From a virus (Duplodnaviria; Caudoviricetes): a stretch of 64,000 nt of DNA. A program made the position numbers and the translations under genes. How positions within the stretch are numbered: position 1 is the first letter of the stretch; every line of letters starts with the position of its first letter. The notes beneath the pieces were generated by a model. It had not been told where the DNA came from. It worked only from the letters and a program-made list of their open reading frames with translations, and searched no databases. Location: IMG/VR virus record IMGVR_UViG_3300028591_000070, positions 224,001 to 288,000 of that record, one strand, 5' to 3'. Positions 18,962 through 27,118 of this stretch are shown piece after piece.

Positions 18962-19813
18962 TTAATCCCATCTTTTATTTAAAGGTACATATTTAGAACA
19001 ATACTCTTCATCAAAATAGTCAGAGCTCCATAAAACATTTGATCCTAGATTTTTAAAAAATTCTTCTACTTGAGGCACATCTTCTATGTTAGGCCGTTTA
19101 ACTGTAAATGTGACCAAAGTATTTCCAAAAAGATTATTTAATTTTTTTAAAACTAAAATTACTTTGTTAAAATCAGCACCTGGTCGACATTTCGAAAAAG
19201 TATCTTCTTTAATTCCATCTATTGAAAGATTAAACTGATAATTTACACCAGTTTTTTTAGATATTTCATATAATTGATTTATTCTATCTTCGTTTAAAAG
19301 AGTACCATTAGTCATAAAAAATATATTTTTAATATTATTACTTGTAATGCTATTTAAATATGTTATTAAATCATTATAATAAATGAAAATCTCGCCGGAG
19401 CCATCTAAGAATAAAGTACCAATATTTGAGTTTTTTAATAAGTTTAACATTTTAAATAAAAATTCTTTTGCTTTTAATGGATTATTTTGCTCTTTATTTA
19501 AAGGACTCCATCCATCAATAATTCCACCAAAACCTGCACAACAGTGATAACATCTTAAATTACAAGCCTTAATGACATTAAGGGTAACATTTTTTATCTG
19601 ATTTGAAAATGCACAATTCTTTTGGCATTGATTTTCATGACCTTCTTTAAACTCGGAAGAAATTGCAAGTTCACCTAAGTCATTTAAACTTTTATTTAAA
19701 AATTCTTCTAAAGAAATAGTTTTTTGTATAAGTTGACAACATCTACCTATATCTATAGTTTGATTTATATTATCATATGAAACTAATAAATCTGAAGTTT
19801 TACAACAAAACAT
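18962..19813 (-). CDS. radical SAM protein 6 (subfamily B)
   Basis: CC...GRCC...CQKNC; CNLRCYHCCAG; DGSGEIF; TNGTLL. Confidence 0.9.
   Translation of the reverse strand: MFCCKTSDLLVSYDNINQTIDIGRCCQLIQKTISLEEFLNKSLNDLGELAISSEFKEGHENQCQKNCAFSNQIKNVTLNVIKACNLRCYHCCAGFGGIIDGWSPLNKEQNNPLKAKEFLFKMLNLLKNSNIGTLFLDGSGEIFIYYNDLITYLNSITSNNIKNIFFMTNGTLLNEDRINQLYEISKKTGVNYQFNLSIDGIKEDTFSKCRPGADFNKVILVLKKLNNLFGNTLVTFTVKRPNIEDVPQVEEFFKNLGSNVLWSSDYFDEEYCSKYVPLNKRWD
18983..19018. repeat. 36-bp exact direct repeat shared by rSAM6 and rSAM8 (second copy 20692-20727)
   Basis: aggtacatatttagaacaatactcttcatcaaaata occurs at both positions. Confidence 0.85.
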
Positions 19814-19841
19814 ATATAGTAAATTTAGTACTAATTTTAAT
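19814..19841. promoter_or_regulatory. back-to-back ACTAA(T/A) motifs
   Basis: TTTAGT-ACTAAT at 19824-19835; 10 nt to ATG 19813 (-), 6 nt to ATG 19842 (+). Confidence 0.7.
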
Positions 19842-20669
19842 ATGCAAAAATGTCGAAGAACTAATGAATTATATATAACTTTAAATGACCAAAATAATAT
19901 ATATTTACAAAGATGTTGTGCGGCTTCAGGAGAAGTTATTAGTTTAGATGATTTTTTTAATTATTCTATAGATGAACTCAGCGAAATTCCAATAAATGGA
20001 CATACCCTAAATGAAAGAAAAAGTGGTTGTAGTAATAAATGCAATTTTTCAAAAAACATTAAAACAATATTTTTTAATGTGATTAATGTTTGTAATATTA
20101 AATGTTATCATTGCTGCGCCGGATGTGACCATAAAGGTTTAGGTAATATATCATTTAGAAAAAAGCAATTTTTTAAAATAATAAATACTATAAAAAATGC
20201 GCATCTTGATTCTATTGGATTCGATGGCACTGGAGAAATATTTCTCTTTTATAAAGACTTAGTGTCTTTATTAAAAACACTAACTCCAAATGATACTAAA
20301 GATATACGATTTTTAACAAATGGTACTCTTTTAAATGAAGACCGACTAAAAGAACTCTATCAAATAAGTAAAGACACAGGAATAAATTATAGGTTTGGTT
20401 TATCGGTAGATGGTTTAACAAAAGAAACTTATGAGAAAATAAGAGTGGGTGCAAATTTTGAACATACAATAGATATTATTGATTCTATAAAGAATATTTT
20501 TAATAATCCACCTGAAATTATTTTTACTATTAAAAAATATAATATCCAAGAAGTACCTTTTGCAAAAGATTTTTTTATACAACTAGGTTGCTCTTATATT
20601 GAATTTTTATATGACATATTTGATTCAGAATGTGGTAAATATATGCCAGAAGATTGTAGAATTGGTTAA
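19842..20669 (+). CDS. radical SAM protein 7 (subfamily B)
   Basis: C...QRCC...CSNKC; CNIKCYHCCAG; DGTGEIF. Confidence 0.9.
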   Translation: MQKCRRTNELYITLNDQNNIYLQRCCAASGEVISLDDFFNYSIDELSEIPINGHTLNERKSGCSNKCNFSKNIKTIFFNVINVCNIKCYHCCAGCDHKGLGNISFRKKQFFKIINTIKNAHLDSIGFDGTGEIFLFYKDLVSLLKTLTPNDTKDIRFLTNGTLLNEDRLKELYQISKDTGINYRFGLSVDGLTKETYEKIRVGANFEHTIDIIDSIKNIFNNPPEIIFTIKKYNIQEVPFAKDFFIQLGCSYIEFLYDIFDSECGKYMPEDCRIG

Positions 20670-20670
20670 T

Positions 20671-21516
20671 TTATGAATATCTTTTATCTACAGGTACATA
20701 TTTAGAACAATACTCTTCATCAAAATAATCTGAATTCCATGTGATACTAACATCATAAGGTTCAAAAAACTTTTCAACAAAAGGTACATCTTCTACATTA
20801 GGTCGTTTAACTGTAAATATTACAGTAGTATATGGGAATAATTTTGATATAAACTTTAAGTTATCTAATACCCTATTAAAATCAGCACCTGGTCTACAAG
20901 CATTAAAAGTTTTTTCGCTTATACCATCTACCGATATTACGAATCTATACTGAACATTTGTCGTTTTACTTATTTTTAATAAATTAACAATTTTATTTTT
21001 ATTTAAAAGAGTAGCATTTGTTTGAAAATAAATTATTTTTGTATTTTCACCTGAAAAAGATTTTAAAGCTTCAATGAGGTCATCATAATAAATAAATATT
21101 TCGCCAGAGCCATCCATACTAATAGAAGAAAGTTTTTTTGTTCTTAAGTAAGAAAGTGCATCAAAAAGAAAATTTTTTCTATCTTGTAATTCTTCTTTAC
21201 AAATATTTTTAGCATTCCATTCACTAATTGAACCACTCTGTCCTGCACAGCAATGAAGACAAGATAAATTACATTTAGCAATAGCTGATATAACTACGTC
21301 TGTTATAGGCTCTACAAAGCCACAATTAAATTGACACTGATGCATATGATCTGGCCTAAGCTCAATAGGAGTATTTGAAGCTAAATCTTCTAAACTATTT
21401 AAAAATAAATCTGCTCTAGAAAATTGGTGTTCTTTTAAATGACAACATCTACTTATTAAAATAAATCCAGGTTTGTCATATGATATATTTATAATCGAGG
21501 ACCTTGAACATGACAT
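20671..21516 (-). CDS. radical SAM protein 8 (subfamily B)
   Basis: C...SRCC...CQFNC; CNLSCLHCCAG; DGSGEIF. Confidence 0.9.
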   Translation of the reverse strand: MSCSRSSIINISYDKPGFILISRCCHLKEHQFSRADLFLNSLEDLASNTPIELRPDHMHQCQFNCGFVEPITDVVISAIAKCNLSCLHCCAGQSGSISEWNAKNICKEELQDRKNFLFDALSYLRTKKLSSISMDGSGEIFIYYDDLIEALKSFSGENTKIIYFQTNATLLNKNKIVNLLKISKTTNVQYRFVISVDGISEKTFNACRPGADFNRVLDNLKFISKLFPYTTVIFTVKRPNVEDVPFVEKFFEPYDVSITWNSDYFDEEYCSKYVPVDKRYS

Positions 21517-21532
21517 ACTAATTTAATTAGTT
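21517..21532. promoter_or_regulatory. 16-bp intergenic gap with opposed ACTAAT motifs
   Basis: ACTAAT-TTA-ATTAGT near-palindrome between divergent ATGs 21516 and 21533. Confidence 0.7.
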
Positions 21533-22372
21533 ATGTGTCATCCATGGGAAAATTCTTTAGTAATTAATCAATTCGAAGGCTTAGATGGCTTTGAGGTTAG
21601 TAGATGCTGTATATTGAAAAGTAAAAAAATATCAAAAGAACAATTTTTTGAGTCATCCTTAAATGATGTTGGCAGGTTTGCTAAACCTGAGTCTTTTATC
21701 CAAGATGACTTATCACTATGTGCTCATGATTGTAATTTTTTAGAAGATATAAGTAAAGTTCATTTAAATATTATTCATAATTGTAATTTAAGATGTTATC
21801 ATTGTTGTGCAGGCTTTGATAAAAATGACCCAAGATTATGTTTTGGACTTAATAAATCTTTAGAATATCATCAACAGAAAAAAGAGTCATTTTTTCAAGT
21901 TTTAAATTATTTAAAAAACTATCCATTAAAAATAATATCAATGGATGGATCTGGAGAAATTTTTTTATATTATAAAGACCTAATTCATTACTTATTGTCA
22001 GTAAGATCTCACAATGTAGAAGAAATTTGTTTTTTAACAAATGGTACATTATTAACTGAAGAAAAAATTATTACTTTAAGTAAAATAAGTGAAAAAACAA
22101 AAATCAAATATAGTTTCGACCTCTCAATAGATGGTGTAACTAAAGAAAGTTTTGAATCAATTAGACATGGTGCAAAGTTTGAACAAATAATAGAAACAGC
22201 ATATCTTTTAAAAAATTATTTTGATACACAGATTAATTTTACTATTAAAAAACCAAATATCAGTGATATTGATAAGGTAGCAGATTTTTTTAAAGATTTT
22301 AGACTTTTCTGGTCATATGATTATTATGATCCTGAATGTGCGAAATATTTAAAAAATAAATGGGGAGAATAA
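21533..22372 (+). CDS. radical SAM protein 9 (subfamily B)
   Basis: CHPW...SRCC...CAHDC; CNLRCYHCCAG; DGSGEIF. Confidence 0.9.
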   Translation: MCHPWENSLVINQFEGLDGFEVSRCCILKSKKISKEQFFESSLNDVGRFAKPESFIQDDLSLCAHDCNFLEDISKVHLNIIHNCNLRCYHCCAGFDKNDPRLCFGLNKSLEYHQQKKESFFQVLNYLKNYPLKIISMDGSGEIFLYYKDLIHYLLSVRSHNVEEICFLTNGTLLTEEKIITLSKISEKTKIKYSFDLSIDGVTKESFESIRHGAKFEQIIETAYLLKNYFDTQINFTIKKPNISDIDKVADFFKDFRLFWSYDYYDPECAKYLKNKWGE

Positions 22373-22380
22373 ATCTCCCC
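22351..22380 (-). terminator. intrinsic terminator of the topo II operon
   Basis: GGGGAGA-ATAAA-TCTCCCC with a T-rich tail on the minus strand. Confidence 0.65.
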
Positions 22381-22385
22381 TCATA

Positions 22386-24260
22386 TTAAGCCATATCAAT
22401 ATGAAACTCTCTTCCTCTTAAATAATTTTTACGAGGAGTTGAGTCATCACCATACCATTCTTCAATAGTTGTTTTAGCTCTATCATCCATTTCAAAAGGT
22501 TTAAGAAGTTTATCCATTCCACCAACTTTTTCGATAATTTGTTTTAAGTCTTCTTTTACCCAAGAACCCAATCCTTTCAAATAAAAATATTCAAGATTTT
22601 TCTTAAGTTCTGAATTTTTAGGAAATGCAAAATAATACTCTTCTACGCTATTACCTTTTTTACCAATCAAAAGAGGTGTTTCCAATCTACAAACTCTTCC
22701 TTGTTCAAGCATTTTAGGAGCAACTATACTAAAGAATGTGAGAATAAGACCAGCAATAGCACAACCATCTGGGTCGGCGTCAGTAAGAATTACAACTTTA
22801 TCATAAGTCATATCTTCTGTATTACCATTGGCATCTAAACCTAAAATATCACACAACTCCTTGATTTCGCGATTCTTCATAAACTCAACTGGCTTTTCAC
22901 CGAAGATATTCATCAACTTACCACGAAGCATATAATATCCAATACCTTTTCTACCTAAAATTGGAGAAATACCTGAAAAGGCAGAGAAACCCTCAGTTAT
23001 CATAAGATAATTTTTTCCAGTTTTTCCAATAGGTCCAAAATATTTATCAGACTCAACTTCCTTCTTACCTTTATTTAACTTTGCCAACTCTTTCTGTTCA
23101 GCTAATTCTTCTTTAAGTCTAAATAAATCAGTAATGTTATTAACAATTTCTTTTTCTCTAAGAATTTTAGCTGTAAAGCCATCCATATCAAGTTGATTAT
23201 CTCTAATAAAGTCGCCTACTTCTCCCCAAGAGTTTGTAAGTTTCTTTTTAGTCTGACTATCAAATGCACAGTTCAAAAATCCTTTTAAGAAAATTACAAT
23301 ACCGATGCGGTTACGAATATCAGCCGGTTTAATTGCTTTATATTTCTTTGAAACTTTATCACGAATATCACTTACAATTTTGTTTGTGATATAGTCAGCA
23401 TGGGTTCCACCTTCCTTCAATGAAATACCATTTACATAAGTAAGTGTATAAGGCTCTTCAGAAGGATAAACACAGATATAAGCATTTGGCTCATTCATAA
23501 CAATTGCTGGCTGTGGAAATAATGAACTTAAATCTTTGGCTGCTTTAATATTTACTTTTTCACCATTGAAAGTAAAAGTACAATCTGGATAAAACCATGA
23601 CAAAAACTTCAATCTAGTTTTTACAAGCAAAATAATATCTTCATCAAATCCTTTTACTGAAAATTTTTCAAAATCAGGTGAGAAAGTAATTTTTGTTCCA
23701 GTCTTGTTATTAGCTGCAAGTTCTTTTACATTGATTTTAGAAAGATTATTTTCACAAGAGATTTTCATCTTTCCTTGGCCATCACAAGTAATACATTCAA
23801 ATGTTTTTGAGAAAATAGATGCGGCCTTAATTCCAATACCATTTGTACCAATTGTCTCACGATTTTCATCATTGAAGTTTGAACCTGACATTGGAACTGT
23901 TACAGCATTTACACACATCCAATCTCCATTATCCATTTTCTTAACTGGAATACCACGGCCATTATCTTCAATAGAGAAAGTATTTTTGTCCATTGTGATA
24001 TTTATTTTTGTTGAATACTTCCAACCTGTTTTAATACCTTCGTCAACCGAATTATCAATTGCTTCATTTACAATCTTGTGAAGACCTTCTACAATATTTA
24101 CAGTTTTTAATTCAATTCCGCCTTCTTCATTCAAAGTCCACTCCATAGTATCAGAAGGTTTCATACCGCCTACATACATCTGTGGTCTCGCCAAAATATG
24201 TTCTACTGGAGAAAGTGATTTAATTGATCTATCATCTACTTGTTTCTTTTTTGCTGCCAT
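22386..24260 (-). CDS. type IIA topoisomerase ATPase/TOPRIM subunit (T4 gp39+gp60-like, fused)
   Basis: EHILARPQMYVG, EAIDNSVDE, DNGRGIP, GTNGIG, ITEG.SA, LRGK, DADPDG, YLKGLG. Confidence 0.95.
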   Translation of the reverse strand: MAAKKKQVDDRSIKSLSPVEHILARPQMYVGGMKPSDTMEWTLNEEGGIELKTVNIVEGLHKIVNEAIDNSVDEGIKTGWKYSTKINITMDKNTFSIEDNGRGIPVKKMDNGDWMCVNAVTVPMSGSNFNDENRETIGTNGIGIKAASIFSKTFECITCDGQGKMKISCENNLSKINVKELAANNKTGTKITFSPDFEKFSVKGFDEDIILLVKTRLKFLSWFYPDCTFTFNGEKVNIKAAKDLSSLFPQPAIVMNEPNAYICVYPSEEPYTLTYVNGISLKEGGTHADYITNKIVSDIRDKVSKKYKAIKPADIRNRIGIVIFLKGFLNCAFDSQTKKKLTNSWGEVGDFIRDNQLDMDGFTAKILREKEIVNNITDLFRLKEELAEQKELAKLNKGKKEVESDKYFGPIGKTGKNYLMITEGFSAFSGISPILGRKGIGYYMLRGKLMNIFGEKPVEFMKNREIKELCDILGLDANGNTEDMTYDKVVILTDADPDGCAIAGLILTFFSIVAPKMLEQGRVCRLETPLLIGKKGNSVEEYYFAFPKNSELKKNLEYFYLKGLGSWVKEDLKQIIEKVGGMDKLLKPFEMDDRAKTTIEEWYGDDSTPRKNYLRGREFHIDMA

Positions 24261-25624
24261 TAAAGTCTACCCTCCTTTTTAAGTTCTTTTTCTAACTCAT
24301 CAATATCTTTAAGCCAAAGTGTAACTGGAGTTTCGTTCTTAATAAAATTGTCTAATTCTTCAACTTTAGCTTGATACTTTTCTTCCATCTCTTTTGCTTT
24401 ATCAGATGTAATAGAATAAAGTGGCATAGAAATAAGTTTATCGATATTAATATATTTCTTTTTCTTCATATCTGCTTCTACAACAGATTTTTTAAATTTA
24501 AGATTTATAGTTCCTGCAATTACTTCTTTAATAAAGCGAACGACTTCAGCTAAATAAATCTTTTCATTTTCAAGTCGCTTTTCTTCAGACTTCTTACGCT
24601 TCTCCATATATTTAAGCTTAATATCATAATAAGCATTAAATACATCTGTTGCATCTTTAAAACCATCTTCAACGGCATTATTTTCATTAATCAATGTTGG
24701 ATTTTCGGTGATTACTTCAACTAAGCCCAAATCTTTAAGAATTGTTTCTTGTGGTAGGGCGGCTTCTTCATCAGTAAGAGTTATTTCAAAGTGAAAAGTA
24801 TCTACCTCTGGGTCAGATCCATCAATATATTTTTCAATTCTCTTTTTCTCTTTAGGTTTTTTAGGATCTGGATTTTTATATTTAGATAAAAGAGCTAAAT
24901 ACTTTTGTAAATCCCAGGTAATAGGAAGTTCATCAATTACAACTTTTTTACCTTGGATAGTTGCAACTCCACGAACCTCATATTTATTTGGCTCTAATTC
25001 AGCAACCGTTCCTTTAAATCCCTGCCAATTTGGGAGTAATAAATCCTTTTTAATTCTTTTGCCTTCCAATTTATTTCGAGTAAGCTTAATAATATTTTCA
25101 ATTGGGCGAGCATACATTTGGCCTGCAAAACCTACGCCAATACCTTCTGCTCCATTCACCAAAATCATAGGTAAAGTTGGCACATAAAATCTTGGCTCAA
25201 TTTCGTCACCTTCAAATTCCTGAGAAATAAGATTTTCATCATCACTTTTTCTAAAAATTAAATCTGAATAGTCTGCCATTCTCGCAAAAATATAACGAGG
25301 AGCAGAAGCTTCTGGAATAAGACGAGTTCCAAAAGAACCTTCACCTTTAACATAAGGTAAATTATTAGCTCCACAATAATCTGCTGCCAATGTTACAATT
25401 GTACCTTGAATTCCTGAGTCACCATGTAAATAACCAGCTTCCATAATAATAGAACTTGCTAATGCTGATACTTTAATTTTGCTTTTAATGTTACGTTGCT
25501 TTACTGTATAAATTACTTTTCTACCTGAGTTTTTCAAACCGTCAATATATGATGGCAAAGACCTATATGCCATATACAAAGCGCTTTGACTATACTCTTC
25601 ATTTAAAAACTTTGTAATATCCAT
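24260..25624 (-). CDS. type IIA topoisomerase breakage-reunion subunit (T4 gp52-like)
   Basis: DGLKNSGRK, YLHGD, SAPRY (catalytic Tyr), LVNGAEGIGVGF; no gyrase CTD pinwheel. Confidence 0.95.
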   Translation of the reverse strand: MDITKFLNEEYSQSALYMAYRSLPSYIDGLKNSGRKVIYTVKQRNIKSKIKVSALASSIIMEAGYLHGDSGIQGTIVTLAADYCGANNLPYVKGEGSFGTRLIPEASAPRYIFARMADYSDLIFRKSDDENLISQEFEGDEIEPRFYVPTLPMILVNGAEGIGVGFAGQMYARPIENIIKLTRNKLEGKRIKKDLLLPNWQGFKGTVAELEPNKYEVRGVATIQGKKVVIDELPITWDLQKYLALLSKYKNPDPKKPKEKKRIEKYIDGSDPEVDTFHFEITLTDEEAALPQETILKDLGLVEVITENPTLINENNAVEDGFKDATDVFNAYYDIKLKYMEKRKKSEEKRLENEKIYLAEVVRFIKEVIAGTINLKFKKSVVEADMKKKKYINIDKLISMPLYSITSDKAKEMEEKYQAKVEELDNFIKNETPVTLWLKDIDELEKELKKEGRL

Positions 25625-25632
25625 AATAAATA

Positions 25633-25641
25633 AATATTAAC
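25633..25641 (-). promoter_or_regulatory. GTTAATATT motif upstream of topo II
   Basis: Recurrent motif ending 8 nt before ATG 25624; no SD. Confidence 0.6.
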
Positions 25642-25643
25642 TG

Positions 25644-25672
25644 AAATAAAAAAGGACGGCCTGAACCGTCCT
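25644..25672 (-). terminator. intrinsic terminator
   Basis: AGGACGG-CCTGAA-CCGTCCT with a T-tract on the minus strand. Confidence 0.7.
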
Positions 25673-25677
25673 CTTAG

Positions 25678-25878
25678 CTAAGCATTCTTAGGCTTAACAA
25701 CTGTGTTTTCACTCGCAAAAGGAGCAACTAATAAATCACTAATCACTCCAGATGCAAGATTACCTGCAAATTCACAGCCAATCTTAAAGCCTACAATTAA
25801 AGCATCCACCTGTTGCTTAGGATAACCCTGAGCCATATAAGCCTGCTCAAGTTTAGAAATATATTCAGGAATAGTCAT
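25678..25878 (-). CDS. small hypothetical protein
   Basis: Own GTTAATATT motif (25885-25893) and own terminator. Confidence 0.65.
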   Translation of the reverse strand: MTIPEYISKLEQAYMAQGYPKQQVDALIVGFKIGCEFAGNLASGVISDLLVAPFASENTVVKPKNA

Positions 25879-25924
25879 AAAAATAATATTAACATGGGGC
25901 GTTTTTAATTTTACTAATTAAAGT

Positions 25925-27118
25925 ATGTTAGGAAGTCCAAATCTAGTTTCTGCAGCTTGGAGAAGTCAAAGTGGTGATAAAAATGACCCATTAACTGACT
26001 ATCAGGGATATAAAAATATTTATATTTCCGACCCAAAATTTGAAAATTATTATATAAATCATGTCTCTGTTCCAAACCCTGTAGTAGATGCTATGGACTC
26101 ATCTATTGCAGGTGAAGGCTCTCATGCACAAGAAAGTGTAAACTATTTTAGGACTATAGATATTAAAATTGTTCAAGATGCTGGAGCTTATACTAGTTGG
26201 TATGCTAATAAAACAAAAGGATGGGGAAATTGGCGAAGTAACAGTATAAAAGTTGATGATAGAGTTACTCTCTATATAGATGACCTTTCTAAAATAGGAA
26301 TGACTTATTCTCAAAACTTTGGTTATGCTTGGGATGAAATTGCTGGATCAGGAGCTATTGGTAAAGTAGCTGATATGGCCAAGAAAATCCAAAATAATGC
26401 AGCTATGTTAGCAGCTGCTAATGGAAGTTCAATGGATGTTGATTCTTCTACTCCAATGGGAAAATATCAAAAAGTACCATATATTAAGTCAGTAGAACCT
26501 TTTAAGATTGAGCCATCTTCTTTAACATTTAATTTCAACTTTGGGCAAGCAGGTATTTTTAGTGGTGAACAAGAAGTTGTAAGACCTATTTTAGCTTTAG
26601 CTCGTATCTTTTTACCTTATCAATCACCTTATAAAGAAGATGGAACAGGTGGAGATTGGTTAAATTTAGCTGCTCCTACTCAAGCTCAAGTATATGCCAA
26701 TATTGCCTCTGTTATGGGTGGTTTTATTAGTGAGCAAGGAAAAAACTTATCTGATAAACTTTCTGAAATGGGAAGTGCATTAAAAGAAGATTTTGATATT
26801 TCTCATCCAGTCGACTCTACTAAAAAAGCATTAGGAGATGGAGCTGCTGCAGCTTCAAATATAGCTACTACATTTATTAAAGGCTTATATAAACGTATTG
26901 ACCAAGGCCTTAAAACATCAATGGAGAAGAATAGTAAAAGTATTATTCTTAGAATAGGCCGCTATCAATTGCCACCTTGTTTTCCAAGTAGTGTTTCGTG
27001 GAATTTTGATTTTACACAAGTTGATGAGTATGGATTCCCAAGAGGTGGTACTATTACTTTTGAAGGACTTCAGTCACCTAAATGTGGTGAACTTACTGAT
27101 ATTGGTTTATTATCTTAA
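25925..27118 (+). CDS. putative baseplate / tail-tube initiator (T4 gp48/gp54-like)
   Basis: C-terminal ILRIG..LPPCF.SSVSWNF...GFP..GTITF; next to tape-measure-like gene; ACTAAT motif at 25913-25918. Confidence 0.5.
   Translation: MLGSPNLVSAAWRSQSGDKNDPLTDYQGYKNIYISDPKFENYYINHVSVPNPVVDAMDSSIAGEGSHAQESVNYFRTIDIKIVQDAGAYTSWYANKTKGWGNWRSNSIKVDDRVTLYIDDLSKIGMTYSQNFGYAWDEIAGSGAIGKVADMAKKIQNNAAMLAAANGSSMDVDSSTPMGKYQKVPYIKSVEPFKIEPSSLTFNFNFGQAGIFSGEQEVVRPILALARIFLPYQSPYKEDGTGGDWLNLAAPTQAQVYANIASVMGGFISEQGKNLSDKLSEMGSALKEDFDISHPVDSTKKALGDGAAAASNIATTFIKGLYKRIDQGLKTSMEKNSKSIILRIGRYQLPPCFPSSVSWNFDFTQVDEYGFPRGGTITFEGLQSPKCGELTDIGLLS

Noticed and set aside
14731-22372. rSAM array as prokaryotic viperins, MoaA/NifB/PqqE, or a classical RiPP cluster
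   Set aside because: The N-terminal Cys module and altered GGE loop do not fit those families; there is no room for a precursor peptide, protease or transporter in the array
14731-22372. Invertible shufflon or diversity-generating retroelement explaining the alternating orientations
   Set aside because: No recombinase, reverse transcriptase, flanking inversion repeats or adenine-specific TR/VR pair seen; every gene is complete with its own start
22386-25624. DNA gyrase (gyrA/gyrB) of a bacterial chromosome
   Set aside because: The A subunit is only 454 aa without the CTD/GyrA box; the layout is T4-like topo II
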